Shown here piece by piece: positions 36,375 through 46,595 of a DNA stretch of 64,000 nucleotides. The translations under genes and the position numbers were made by a program. Source of the stretch: a virus; IMG/VR virus record IMGVR_UViG_3300017756_000001; one strand, written 5' to 3'. The notes under the pieces are model-generated. The model had not been told where the DNA came from, ran no database searches, and saw only the letters and a list, made by a program, of their open reading frames with translations. Positions within the stretch are counted from its first letter, which is position 1, and the number at the start of each line of letters is the position of its first letter.

Positions 36375-38664
36375 AGTCTTCCTCCTCGGCGGTTTCTAAT
36401 TGACTAATTAAACTTTCTAATTCGGACTTTGTTTCCTCAAGTTCATCATTCTTATTATCATATGTGTTCTGATAATAAGAAGTCTTCCATCCATACTTAT
36501 ATGTTTTAAGTAGATCCTGTGCCATCACTGAAACAGGAACTTCATTGTTCTCATATTGTTGTGGATTGTAACTCCAGTTTCCAGAAATTGCCTGGTCAAA
36601 GAATTTTTGCATTACAGCAACAATATTAATATAACCATTATTGGACTCCATATCCCAAAGAAGCGTATAATTGTTTTTAAGAGTTGTGTATTGTGGAACA
36701 ACCTGTTTAAGGGTTCCCTTCTTGCTCTTTTTAGTGGACAAGTACGCTCTAGGTGGTTCGATTCCATTCGTGGCATTTGACACAACGGAACTGCTCTCTG
36801 AAGGCATTTGTGCCGACAGTGTTGAGTTCCGTATTCCGTATAGAATAACGTCGTCTCTAAGATTCTCCCAATCATAGTGAAGCTCATTTGGGACTATCTC
36901 ATCGACATCACTCTTATATGTATCAATGGGAAGAATTCCACTTCCATACTTTGTTCTGTAACTATATTCACAGGCACCTTTCTCCTTGGCAAGATCTACT
37001 GTAGCACGAATAAGATAATATTGAAATGCCTCAGTGAGATCATGCACAAGTTTCCATGCCTCAGAATCATTATAGGACACCCCGTGCTTAGCAAGATAGT
37101 GTGCTAGTCCAATGTAACCAATACCAAGGGATCTCCTTGCCTTTGTGGCAGTTTCTGCTGCTCTGATGGGGTATCCTTGAAAATCAATAAGTTCATCAAG
37201 ACTCCTAACAGCAAGATCACAGAGGCTTTCAAGATCCTCAGTGCCCCTAATTTTACCAATATTAATAGCAGAAAGGATACAGAGAGCAATTTCCCCAGAT
37301 TCATCGTCAATGTGGTTCAGTGGTTTGGTAGGAAGAGTGATCTCTTGACACAAATTACTCATCTCAACTTTATCAAGGAAAGATGAATGACTGTTACAGT
37401 GATCAATATTCATGATGTACAGTCTACCAGTTTCTGCTCTTTCTTTCAAGATGTCCAGAAAAAGTTCTTGTGCTCTGATAGTCTTTCTTGGAACAGACTC
37501 ATCCTGTTCATAACCCACATAGAGAGAGTCAAATGAATCAGTACCAAAAGCATCATTGAGACCTGGTACGTCATGCGGTGAGAATAAGCTAATTTCTCCA
37601 TTCTGGATGAAACGCTCATAGAAAAGTTTTGAAATCTGGATGGAGTAATCAAGTTTTCTTACCCTGTTATCTTCTGTGCCTTTATTGTTCTTAAGAACAA
37701 TAATATCTTCTATTTCTTGGTGCCAGATTGGGAAGTGGACAGTCGCTGACCCACCACGAATTCCATTCTGTGTACAGCAGCGGACAGTTGATTCAAACTT
37801 TTTAAGGAAAGGTACAACACCTGTGTGTTGAACTTCTCCGCCTCTGATTTTACTGTTGACGCCACGGATTCTGCCTGCGTTGATACCGATGCCCGCCCTT
37901 TGTGCAACGTATCTGCCAATAGCCATATCAGAGCTAAAGATGCTATCGAGGGAGTCATCAACATCAACAAGAACACAGCTAGCATATTGTCGAAGTGGAG
38001 TTCGCACTCCTGCCATGATAGGTGTGGGAATGTTGATTTTGTGTTTGGAGATTGCGTCGTAGTATCTTTTGACATAATCCAACCTTGTGTCCTTAGGATA
38101 TTTGGAAAAAATGGTTGCTGCAATCAGCAAGTACATGAACTGTGGAGTTTCATAGAGTGCTCCAGTGCTCCTATCCTGTACAAGATATTTATCCACAACT
38201 TGCCGTAATCCGGCATATGTAAACAAATAATCACGGTCATGATCTATGAAAGATTGAAGTTTATCAAATTCTTCAGCATCATACAGATTCATAATTTCGG
38301 CATCATAGACACCTTTTTTGATACAATCATTCACATGATTTTTAACAGTCGGTGCTTGATGCATACGTCCATACAATTGCTTACGAAGGGCAAACAAAAG
38401 CAGACGTGCAGCAACAAATTGATAATTGGGATGATCCAGATCAATAAGATCACTTGCCGATCGAATCAGAATCTCTTGAATTTCTTCTGTAGAAACACCA
38501 TCATAAAACTGAATACCAGATTGAATTTCAACCTGACTTGCAGAAACTCCGGCAAGATCCTTACATGCCTCATCAACCATCTTATGAAGTTTATTCAAAT
38601 CAAGAGGTTCTGTTGTGCCGTTTCTCTTGACTACTTTTGTGCCGTTGGTCATATTTTTTTCCAA
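36355..38664 (-). CDS. nrdA: Ribonucleotide reductase class I alpha subunit
   Basis: Full-length; SCVLVDVDDSLDSIF ... CNLCQEI-type region SNLCQEITLPT ... C-terminal EEEDCESCKI. Confidence 0.96.
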   Translation of the reverse strand: MEKNMTNGTKVVKRNGTTEPLDLNKLHKMVDEACKDLAGVSASQVEIQSGIQFYDGVSTEEIQEILIRSASDLIDLDHPNYQFVAARLLLFALRKQLYGRMHQAPTVKNHVNDCIKKGVYDAEIMNLYDAEEFDKLQSFIDHDRDYLFTYAGLRQVVDKYLVQDRSTGALYETPQFMYLLIAATIFSKYPKDTRLDYVKRYYDAISKHKINIPTPIMAGVRTPLRQYASCVLVDVDDSLDSIFSSDMAIGRYVAQRAGIGINAGRIRGVNSKIRGGEVQHTGVVPFLKKFESTVRCCTQNGIRGGSATVHFPIWHQEIEDIIVLKNNKGTEDNRVRKLDYSIQISKLFYERFIQNGEISLFSPHDVPGLNDAFGTDSFDSLYVGYEQDESVPRKTIRAQELFLDILKERAETGRLYIMNIDHCNSHSSFLDKVEMSNLCQEITLPTKPLNHIDDESGEIALCILSAINIGKIRGTEDLESLCDLAVRSLDELIDFQGYPIRAAETATKARRSLGIGYIGLAHYLAKHGVSYNDSEAWKLVHDLTEAFQYYLIRATVDLAKEKGACEYSYRTKYGSGILPIDTYKSDVDEIVPNELHYDWENLRDDVILYGIRNSTLSAQMPSESSSVVSNATNGIEPPRAYLSTKKSKKGTLKQVVPQYTTLKNNYTLLWDMESNNGYINIVAVMQKFFDQAISGNWSYNPQQYENNEVPVSVMAQDLLKTYKYGWKTSYYQNTYDNKNDELEETKSELESLISQLETAEEEDCESCKI

Positions 38665-39620
38665 TTGTTAAATTTAATTTTTGCTTCTAAGCCTTGATAT
38701 GTATTTGATTTTAACATGGACATAACTTCATGTCCAGCAAGAATCATATCATTGATATCTTTCTCCGTTATATTTGTCGGCCAAATAATTACGGAGTCGC
38801 CACTATCGATTGTTCTAGAGATTCGTTCGACAATCTCTCTGTTCCTGGGTTCGTTATCATAAACCCAAACAGGATTGCTAATCCCCCAACTATGCACATC
38901 AGCATCAGCTCCGCACATAGCAATCGAGTTGCGTATGAATGTCGAGTCAAAAGGACCTTCTGTAATATAGACGGTAGAGGTTTTGTCAATTGTTTCAATT
39001 CCATATGCTTTTGGTGCCTCGTCCTGAATCATAATGGTGATATATTTATTAGGAGATTTATCTAGTGCTCTTCCCTGAAATCCTATTAAATTTTTTGTTT
39101 CATCATACATTGGTATGACAATTCTAGGTTCATCCCTACCTATAGTGTCAAATGTTTTTTTCTGTGTATTTGTCCACGATTTAAATCTGTCAGCATAATA
39201 AAACTTATCAGGATTAATTTTTCTATTCTCAAGATATCGTTTGGCAACAGGATTTGAAGATGCCTTTGGAAGATTAATTGATTTTTTAAATACTGGTTTT
39301 TTAAACTCTAACTTTGGTTCTTCAACAACAAAATTTTTACCTGTGTGCCCCTCCTTAAATTTTTCCATTGTATATTGCTTGTGCAATGTGCCGTCAAGAG
39401 TCTTGATAAAATTATTCAATGACATACTGGCACCACAATTATGGCACTTGAAGTTAGTATTATTCTTGACCTGGTAAAGATATCCCCTTGTCTTGTTTTT
39501 ATTCTTCTGTGAGTCTCCACAGATAGGACACCTGAAATTATAAAGATTATTTTTTACTTTTTTAAATTTCTGGAGACGTGATGATATTAGACCAATATAC
39601 TTGGAGTCAACCAGATCCAT
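38649..39620 (-). CDS. DNA primase (gp61-like)
   Basis: Zn finger FRCPICGDSQKNKNKTRGYLY ... NFKCHNCGASMSL; TOPRIM-like VYITEGPFDSTFI. Confidence 0.88.
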   Translation of the reverse strand: MDLVDSKYIGLISSRLQKFKKVKNNLYNFRCPICGDSQKNKNKTRGYLYQVKNNTNFKCHNCGASMSLNNFIKTLDGTLHKQYTMEKFKEGHTGKNFVVEEPKLEFKKPVFKKSINLPKASSNPVAKRYLENRKINPDKFYYADRFKSWTNTQKKTFDTIGRDEPRIVIPMYDETKNLIGFQGRALDKSPNKYITIMIQDEAPKAYGIETIDKTSTVYITEGPFDSTFIRNSIAMCGADADVHSWGISNPVWVYDNEPRNREIVERISRTIDSGDSVIIWPTNITEKDINDMILAGHEVMSMLKSNTYQGLEAKIKFNNWKKI

Positions 39621-39632
39621 TACAAGAGACTT

Positions 39633-40034
39633 CTACTGTCTTTCCATTATAACCTGCTGTGCCTGTGGAGTCAAGAAGTTTTGTAGCAGTTTTTGACCTG
39701 GCATACTAACTATAAATGATATCACAATTAGGGAACCGGCAATAGTCCACATCTTCTTTTCCATAATACGAAGACGTTCATCAATTTTTCTTATATCTCT
39801 TTCACATCCTTTTTTTATTTCATCTGCTCTTCTATTGACTTCACGATGAACACTTTCTACTTTTTCAAATAGAACTGCATCAATTCTATCTTGTTTCTCT
39901 AATTTTTCATTATGAACAGCAAGCAGTTGTCCCATCTTTACAGAGTTATCCTGCAAAGACTCAACCACACGTTCTAGTCTTTCTAAGATTGCCGAATTAA
40001 CATTATTACTACTGTTATCGTTATCGTTATCCAT
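39633..40034 (-). CDS. Hypothetical coiled-coil protein with C-terminal TM
   Basis: 133-aa ORF. Confidence 0.55.
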   Translation of the reverse strand: MDNDNDNSSNNVNSAILERLERVVESLQDNSVKMGQLLAVHNEKLEKQDRIDAVLFEKVESVHREVNRRADEIKKGCERDIRKIDERLRIMEKKMWTIAGSLIVISFIVSMPGQKLLQNFLTPQAQQVIMERQ

Positions 40035-40245
40035 TTTTTAAATTCTGTATCCACATTCTTCTCGAACCATATCTTCCTACAGGAGTTTGTTTTCTTTTTT
40101 TCTTCACAGGAGGTTCATCGGGGGGCAATCCTGCTATTGCACCACCACTAGCATTATTTGTTGGGATTCCCTCTTCATTAAGATTTCTAATAATATTTAG
40201 AATTTTATCTATATTCATTAGAGTGCCCTTAGTTGTGCTAAACAA
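40027..40245 (-). CDS. Hypothetical protein
   Basis: 72-aa ORF. Confidence 0.5.
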   Translation of the reverse strand: MFSTTKGTLMNIDKILNIIRNLNEEGIPTNNASGGAIAGLPPDEPPVKKKRKQTPVGRYGSRRMWIQNLKNG

Positions 40246-40589
40246 TAGTAATCTTCTTCAATATCAGATATTTTTGTCTTCGGATATTCTGGAATACGAT
40301 CCAAAAATATTAGAAAACTTTTTATACATGGCCAAAGTTCACGTTCCATATTGTAAAACAATAACGGCACTGCAGCGTCACTGAAGACGTTGAACAGAAC
40401 CGTTAAATGATTAAGTATGAGATGTGTTTTTAATTGCCCAGAATTTTTATATCTTTTCAGTAACCTTTTGATATATTTGATACGTTTTAAATCGTCCTCA
40501 AAATCATCCTTGGTTACTGCCTGAGGATTATCATAAAATTTTATAGCAAAGAGTAGATAATTACCCTCGTTCAATTCATCAAATCTCAT
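40218..40589 (-). CDS. Hypothetical protein
   Basis: 123-aa ORF. Confidence 0.55.
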   Translation of the reverse strand: MRFDELNEGNYLLFAIKFYDNPQAVTKDDFEDDLKRIKYIKRLLKRYKNSGQLKTHLILNHLTVLFNVFSDAAVPLLFYNMERELWPCIKSFLIFLDRIPEYPKTKISDIEEDYYCLAQLRAL

Positions 40590-40605
40590 ATCTTATCTCA
40601 TTTTA

Positions 40606-41115
40606 TTAGCTATCTGGGAACTTAGTATCTTCCGCATCACCAGTAATTGTGCTTCCCGCAACAAGAGTTTCAGTTTTTACTCTCAGATTTCCGTGATTAT
40701 CAACATATGTCGTGATACCAACCCAACCGGCATGAGCAGGTGCATATTGACGTGCCTCACCTGAAGCAGCATTTGCAACACTTTGTTCGGTAGTATCTAC
40801 ACCATAAATTTCTGCAGCGTCATAATTAGTGTCAAAAATTGTGGATATAGGTCTCTGACTGATTACATATGCTGCACCAGAAATCGTACCAGTATCTAAT
40901 GTGCTTGGACCTGCTTCTAAAACTAGAGTAGTTCCATTAGTTACACTAGCAATAACTGCTTCACCTTGAGTAGAACCAGTGCCTACAGTGAGTACATCAC
41001 CAGCACTAATTAATCCTGCTGTATTAAAAGTTGTTCCGGTTCCAGTTACAGTTACACCACTAATTGCAATTGTTCCGTCAGAATAGACGGCATCTTTATT
41101 GCCCCAAAGAGACAT
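40606..41115 (-). CDS. Phage protein, possibly structural (beta-rich)
   Basis: 169 aa: MSLWGNKDAVYSDGTIAISGVTVTGTGTTFNTAG; preceded by late promoter motif. Confidence 0.6.
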   Translation of the reverse strand: MSLWGNKDAVYSDGTIAISGVTVTGTGTTFNTAGLISAGDVLTVGTGSTQGEAVIASVTNGTTLVLEAGPSTLDTGTISGAAYVISQRPISTIFDTNYDAAEIYGVDTTEQSVANAASGEARQYAPAHAGWVGITTYVDNHGNLRVKTETLVAGSTITGDAEDTKFPDS

Positions 41116-41145
41116 GTTTCCTTACCCTATAATTCTTTATACAGA

Positions 41146-41153
41146 TATTTATA
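41146..41153 (-). promoter_or_regulatory. T4-type late promoter motif
   Basis: TATAAATA on minus strand, 31 nt upstream of the 41115 start. Confidence 0.65.
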
Positions 41154-41155
41154 AT

Positions 41156-41359
41156 TTATTCCTCTTCTCTGGTTTTAATTGCCTTTGCCACTACTTCAAG
41201 CAATTGATCGTCCATTTCAGTTTTAGTTAACTTAACTGCCTTAGAAAGAATAACAAGACAGATCTCAACCATCTTCTCACCAAGTTCTTCATTCTCCGGA
41301 ATCTTGGCAACTGCATCTTTAATAATTTTTGAGGCAAGTGGGAGTAAAAATGCTAACAT
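41156..41359 (-). CDS. Hypothetical protein
   Basis: 67-aa ORF. Confidence 0.5.
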   Translation of the reverse strand: MLAFLLPLASKIIKDAVAKIPENEELGEKMVEICLVILSKAVKLTKTEMDDQLLEVVAKAIKTREEE

Positions 41360-41392
41360 AGTTTGATACCAACATCTACACTATATAGCTAT

Positions 41393-41749
41393 TCACTCTT
41401 TATTTGATACGAATCTTCCCTTTTCTTTGTCCCATTTCTTTACTTCACCTGGACGAAGACGATCTCTTGCCTCTTTTGCCTTGGCATAAAATTTGCCAAA
41501 CTTCATTCTTTTATCTGCCTTCTCAAATTTTTTCTTCTCTCTATCATATCTATCATACTTAGTTTCTTCCTTTGCTACTTTCTTTTCAGGAAGACCTTTA
41601 TGCTTAGTTGATGCAAAATCTTTTGCATCTTTCTTTTTCATGGATGCAGCTGCTGCAGCAACTTCAGGAGATGGGTTGGGCATGTCACCTTTTTTGGTGG
41701 CATACACCATACCCATAAATCTCTGCTGTGCTTTTGATACAGCAGGCAT
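41393..41749 (-). CDS. Hypothetical Lys-rich protein
   Basis: 118-aa ORF. Confidence 0.55.
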   Translation of the reverse strand: MPAVSKAQQRFMGMVYATKKGDMPNPSPEVAAAAASMKKKDAKDFASTKHKGLPEKKVAKEETKYDRYDREKKKFEKADKRMKFGKFYAKAKEARDRLRPGEVKKWDKEKGRFVSNKE

Positions 41750-43164
41750 TATTTTTTCTTAGTATCCATAATGGCACCTTTGCCATACTTAGCAGTAATA
41801 GATGCTCTTACGGCATCCATTGCTCTTTTTCTGGATTCTTCTGCTTTCTTTTTATCAACTGGACCGGTTGCTACATTTCTAGCAGGTCTATCATATCTGG
41901 TGTTTCCATCAACACCACCACGTTCCATGCGACGATCTCTCAGAGAATCTTCAGTTTCCTCTTTAGTCATACGAGCAGACTGAAAATTACGTGCCATTTG
42001 ACCTGCTGCTTTCTTTTGTGCCTTTGCTCTCTTAGAACCAGGTTCAGACTTTTCTAATTCATCAGACTTTGCCATCGCACGACGACCAGGGGACATGCGT
42101 GCCTTTTCGTCACTACTCTTTAACCTATTATAAGTAGAAGCAGGAGACTGATACATCCCCTGATACTTCTCATCAACCATTTCACCTTCCATATCATAAG
42201 ACATCTTGAGTCCTCTCACTCTCAACTTATTCTTAATCATATTCATCATAGCATAGTTTCCTCTAGGATCTAGAGTCTCCTTTGATTCTTTAGATTTGGA
42301 ACCTTCATTCTCTTCACTATAATTCAAAGGCAATCTTCCCTGTCTTTGCATTTGCATTGCCTGCCTTTGCATCATCATTTTTTTCTGAAGCATCTTTTTC
42401 TTATTATCAAGTTGCCTCTTTTCTTCTGGTGAAGGACCAGTCTTAGGTTTATCCATCGTAGATTGTTGCTCATTCATTGGTGGATTCACAACAACCTTAT
42501 TCTTACCCTTCATTACATCAAGTTTCTTTTCTTTCTCTTCACCCTCGGCAACAATAAACTCTTCAGTTCTAGTATCTTGTCCGTCTGGTTTCCCACCCTT
42601 CTTACGTTGTATGGCGTTATGTACTGCACCGGCATGTTCCTTGGAACCACTTTCTACTTTTCCATCACCATCATAATCTTTAGCAGCTTTCTTTCCCTTA
42701 CCAGTCTTGTCGTAAGTATCAGGTTCTCCGGAACTCTTACCGGCAATTTCCACAGAAGAAATATTAGGATTCTTTCTCAGTTCTGCAATCTTAGCACGAT
42801 CTGCTTTTCTGAGGTAAGACTTACCAGTCTTCTTATCTTTAACCCTTACAGTATACTTAGATCCCTCTGCTGCCTCAAATATTTTTTCAAAGACACTTAG
42901 AATAGCATCACTGGCAGCACCATCAAGATTAACGAAATCATACTCTTCACCAATGAGCATCTTTTTGGCAAGTGCCTTAACAGGACCAGGAGCAGGAGAC
43001 TTACCCAACTGCTGCATGTATGCACGCTTTAATGAGGCAGGATCAGTTTTTTGCCCGTCCTTGAACTGACCTTTTACTTTATATCGAACATCATATGCCA
43101 ACTGTCTAGCAGCCTTTCTTACTTTATCATTAGCACCAGGTGCCTGTTGTGCAGGTTTATCCAT
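41749..43164 (-). CDS. Large Lys/Met-rich phage protein
   Basis: 471 aa; contains EF-hand-like DYDGDGKVESGSKEHAG. Confidence 0.6.
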   Translation of the reverse strand: MDKPAQQAPGANDKVRKAARQLAYDVRYKVKGQFKDGQKTDPASLKRAYMQQLGKSPAPGPVKALAKKMLIGEEYDFVNLDGAASDAILSVFEKIFEAAEGSKYTVRVKDKKTGKSYLRKADRAKIAELRKNPNISSVEIAGKSSGEPDTYDKTGKGKKAAKDYDGDGKVESGSKEHAGAVHNAIQRKKGGKPDGQDTRTEEFIVAEGEEKEKKLDVMKGKNKVVVNPPMNEQQSTMDKPKTGPSPEEKRQLDNKKKMLQKKMMMQRQAMQMQRQGRLPLNYSEENEGSKSKESKETLDPRGNYAMMNMIKNKLRVRGLKMSYDMEGEMVDEKYQGMYQSPASTYNRLKSSDEKARMSPGRRAMAKSDELEKSEPGSKRAKAQKKAAGQMARNFQSARMTKEETEDSLRDRRMERGGVDGNTRYDRPARNVATGPVDKKKAEESRKRAMDAVRASITAKYGKGAIMDTKKK

Positions 43165-43180
43165 CTGAAGACAAATACTT

Positions 43181-44341
43181 TTACTTTTTCTTATATTTAT
43201 TTATGAATTGCCTACCCCAACTAGAACCCTTTACCATAGTCTCTGCATACTTACGAAGAGCATCAGTTCCAACTCCTCTTTGATTTGCAGGAACACCAGA
43301 TACATCAGTCACATCTTTAATCCAAGATTTAAACATAATATCGTCTTCGGTAACACAAATAAGATAGTTAGTTCCTCTACGGATAATCTTACCGACTAAA
43401 CCAGTGTTGAGATTTTCTACAAGATCACCAACTTTGTAAATATTTTTCCTTACAAAATTTTCACGAAGATTTCTCCAATCAAACTTTGGTGCAATTTGCC
43501 AAAGACTCCAACCTTCTTTAATACCCATTGCATCACGGAGAGTATTGTATAATTGTTTTGTCTGTTTATCGTTCATAGATGTCGGAACACCTTTTCTGAA
43601 AGAGGAATAGTCACCTTCGGCAGCTGCCTTTCTTTGTTTTGATGCAGACATTCCTTCAGTTCCTTCGGAATCAGGATCTCTATCTCCTGCAGAAAGAACT
43701 TCTACATTATCAAAGTTATAAAGTCTACCATTATAATCATTTGCTAGTTTTTCAAATTCTTTTACTCTATCGGCACCACCAAGAATACGAACTCCGGCAT
43801 ATCCATCAGTGTGTGCTTTTTTCAAGACATCAAAAATTGTTCTGTTACCAGGATCATTTACAATTTTTCCACTATGACCAGGATACATTTGTTTCATAAT
43901 CTCAACCTTAGTATCAGGATCTAAGGGATTTTTTTTCTTATCCTGACTGCGTGATGGAACAATAATATAATCACCCTCATCAGAACTTGATGCAACTGTA
44001 TCTAAAAGTTTTTCATGTCCTGTGGTAGGAGGATTGAACCTACCAAAAGCAACGGTCAAAGTTCCTTTTGTTTTTTCAACTTCAGGCGGACCTTGTGGTT
44101 CTTGAATTTCACTACTTGAAGTTGCCTGAGATAATCTTTTCTCAGTATCAGTGTTTGGTGGATCTTGCTTACCAACACGTTGCCTTTTATTATAAAACTT
44201 AAGTTGTCCTTTCTCAGTTTTTGCTACAAACTCACCCTTCTTGTCATACCATCCACCATGTCCATCACCAACCAGTCCCATTCTTTTTGCCTGCTGGACT
44301 GCAGTTGACTCAGATAAAAATTGAAAAAAATTCTTCATCAC
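43181..44341 (-). CDS. Nucleotidyltransferase (cytidylyltransferase/NMN-adenylyltransferase-like) domain protein
   Basis: LTVAFGRFNPPTTGHEKLLDTV ... IIVPSRSQDKKKNPLDPDTKVEIMKQMYPG. Confidence 0.8.
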   Translation of the reverse strand: MMKNFFQFLSESTAVQQAKRMGLVGDGHGGWYDKKGEFVAKTEKGQLKFYNKRQRVGKQDPPNTDTEKRLSQATSSSEIQEPQGPPEVEKTKGTLTVAFGRFNPPTTGHEKLLDTVASSSDEGDYIIVPSRSQDKKKNPLDPDTKVEIMKQMYPGHSGKIVNDPGNRTIFDVLKKAHTDGYAGVRILGGADRVKEFEKLANDYNGRLYNFDNVEVLSAGDRDPDSEGTEGMSASKQRKAAAEGDYSSFRKGVPTSMNDKQTKQLYNTLRDAMGIKEGWSLWQIAPKFDWRNLRENFVRKNIYKVGDLVENLNTGLVGKIIRRGTNYLICVTEDDIMFKSWIKDVTDVSGVPANQRGVGTDALRKYAETMVKGSSWGRQFINKYKKK

Positions 44342-44568
44342 TTCCTTTTACTTAATTCTTTTATTACCTGACGTTTATGAGATACAATGTATTCTAGCAC
44401 ACCCTGACGCATATGCTTATATTTATCTTTTGCTTTTTGTGTCTTAGAACTAGCAATTTTTTTACTTAAGGTAATATAAACGTATGCAATAAACTGATCA
44501 TATTTTTCTCTTAAACTTTTAGAATTTGGTTGAAAAGAATTTATCAATTCAATTATTTGTAAGTTCAT
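44338..44568 (-). CDS. Hypothetical protein
   Basis: 76-aa ORF. Confidence 0.5.
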   Translation of the reverse strand: MNLQIIELINSFQPNSKSLREKYDQFIAYVYITLSKKIASSKTQKAKDKYKHMRQGVLEYIVSHKRQVIKELSKRK

Positions 44569-45908
44569 TATTCTATTTTACCATAGGGCCCGGAGTTTGG
44601 TGACTGAGAATTAGCATAGAAATACATCTCTTGCACTATTTTATTTTGTATTTTTCTGGATTGCGACTCAAGTATCTTTGCAAATTTAACTCCAGTATAC
44701 TTTGCAAATCTCCATTTAGCATCCTTATTTTTAACCTGTGCAACAAATTCTTCTTTTGTTAAATTCATTGGTTGTATCTTTTGTATATCATCATATATTT
44801 CTTCCATCAAACTAATATCTTCTAATTGAGGACTATTTGTATAATTTGGTATCTCAGAAAGTCCAAAAGATTTTAGCATTTTATTCAAAGGTCCAAATGA
44901 TATTTTCCCTTGATTTGCTGCCGTTCCTTGAATCTCACCTTTCCATCCGGAAGGTCCTCCAGAATCAGATCTCCACTGAATTTCAAATCTTCCACCAGGT
45001 TTCCAAATAGTAAAAGTATCCATGGCACTTAAAGGATTATCTGGTTTTTTGAAAATAATAGTCCCTGCATACTGAATATCACCGGCATTTCTATCTTTAG
45101 TCATATTATAATACTTGAATGGTTTAGCACCTTTTGCAATTTTTTTCAAAGAAACACCGATTAATTTTTTATCATTGATCATATTAACCATTAACTGATT
45201 AAGTCCTTTAATGGTAGGAGCATCTTGTATCATTTTCCAATCAGATTCTGACATTGTATTTGACACAAGATAAAAATCAGCAGGACTCCATTTATTAATA
45301 TTGCTGAATAATTTTTCTTTTCTATTAAGTTCTTTTAATTTAGATTCTATTATTGAAACTTTTCTACTACCTCTATGAAATATCCAATTAACATTTTTGT
45401 CAACATTAGAATATAATTCATTAGCTCCTTGAATAGATGAATTAATCCAATCTTCGGAGATGTTAATCATATCCTCAAATTTTGCATCAACATCAATAAA
45501 ACTTTTACACTTTTCAAAATTACTTACGGATACATCTTCAACTTTTATTTTTCTTTTCAATGATCTGAATGCTAATGCTGCATATAAACACTGCGCTGAT
45601 TCGACATTTCTAGTTTGAAGAGCTCCTCTATCTGCACCTTTTCTAACAGGTTTATAAAGTATAATAATTTTATCATTAGTTAAATTTACAACAGTGGCAG
45701 GAAAAGAAGACGCTCCAACCTTTTCTCTGGTTATCTTATTATTTGGAATTTTTGATTTTGTGAAAGAGTCTTCAACTTTTTTCTGCATGGAAGCTCTATC
45801 AGGACCTTTTACAATAAAGGTTGTACTTCTAGAAGTAGCTGCTTTTACTGTGACATCAAATTCTCTAAATGATGTAACTATTCTATAAACCTCTTCCCCA
45901 AAATTCAT
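44568..45908 (-). CDS. Hypothetical phage protein
   Basis: 446-aa ORF. Confidence 0.6.
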   Translation of the reverse strand: MNFGEEVYRIVTSFREFDVTVKAATSRSTTFIVKGPDRASMQKKVEDSFTKSKIPNNKITREKVGASSFPATVVNLTNDKIIILYKPVRKGADRGALQTRNVESAQCLYAALAFRSLKRKIKVEDVSVSNFEKCKSFIDVDAKFEDMINISEDWINSSIQGANELYSNVDKNVNWIFHRGSRKVSIIESKLKELNRKEKLFSNINKWSPADFYLVSNTMSESDWKMIQDAPTIKGLNQLMVNMINDKKLIGVSLKKIAKGAKPFKYYNMTKDRNAGDIQYAGTIIFKKPDNPLSAMDTFTIWKPGGRFEIQWRSDSGGPSGWKGEIQGTAANQGKISFGPLNKMLKSFGLSEIPNYTNSPQLEDISLMEEIYDDIQKIQPMNLTKEEFVAQVKNKDAKWRFAKYTGVKFAKILESQSRKIQNKIVQEMYFYANSQSPNSGPYGKIE

Positions 45909-45932
45909 TTTTATTTTTATTTATCCCCTATA

Positions 45933-46005
45933 AGCCAACTAACGGACTTGAACCGTTGACCTGAGCTTTACAAAAACCCTGCTCTATCCAGCTGAGCTAA
46001 GTTGG
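45933..46005 (-). tRNA. tRNA-Thr(TGT)
   Basis: GCCAACT acceptor pairs AGTTGGC; anticodon TGT in TTTGTAA loop. Confidence 0.9.
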
Positions 46006-46013
46006 CAAAAAAG

Positions 46014-46325
46014 TCAGAGTTTGCCTCCGACAAAAGCATTTCCGACAACTCTAGTATATAAATGGAGAGTTCCTTCTTGTTCACATTTGAGATGCCATCG
46101 TGTCATAATGACAACCGAATCTCTTGTGGGACCAGTAAGCATTTGACGACCTTGTTTGGTTTCACTTGACCATAAACCGAATCGTGTTTCCCATACACGG
46201 AAACAATCATCGATCCATTCATATTCAGAAATTTCAGGATGCTCATTCATTAGTGTCTTCTTCCTTTTTATTAAATCCAAACGGACCTTCTTTTTCGTCC
46301 AGTGCAAACTTAAGAGCAACACCAC
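46014..46325 (-). CDS. Hypothetical protein
   Basis: 103-aa ORF. Confidence 0.5.
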   Translation of the reverse strand: MVLLLSLHWTKKKVRLDLIKRKKTLMNEHPEISEYEWIDDCFRVWETRFGLWSSETKQGRQMLTGPTRDSVVIMTRWHLKCEQEGTLHLYTRVVGNAFVGGKL

Positions 46326-46455
46326 CGACAGCTTCCATAACTCTCAAGATATCTTCTGCTTTTGCACCTTCACCAAGTTCTCTGGCAATATACCAATACT
46401 TAGGCCAGAAAGTTTCTCCTGCTTTTTGATAATCTTCAAGTGTTAATAGTTTCAT
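46243..46455 (-). CDS. Hypothetical protein
   Basis: 70-aa ORF; partly overlaps 46014..46325. Confidence 0.45.
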   Translation of the reverse strand: MKLLTLEDYQKAGETFWPKYWYIARELGEGAKAEDILRVMEAVGGVALKFALDEKEGPFGFNKKEEDTNE

Positions 46456-46595
46456 TTTCCAACTCCATAATCAGGTGCTTTTTTTTCAAGTTCACGAATA
46501 GTTTGATGCAGTCTTTCTACTGCCTTACGCATCTCTTCAGTTTCTTCATACTCCCAAGTTTCACCTTTACTATTTACTAATTCTTTTTTAGTCAT
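46452..46595 (-). CDS. 47-aa hypothetical protein (not in ORF track)
   Basis: MTKKELVNSKGETWEYEETEEMRKAVERLHQTIRELEKKAPDYGVGK; overlaps both neighbours by 4 nt. Confidence 0.5.
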   Translation of the reverse strand: MTKKELVNSKGETWEYEETEEMRKAVERLHQTIRELEKKAPDYGVGK

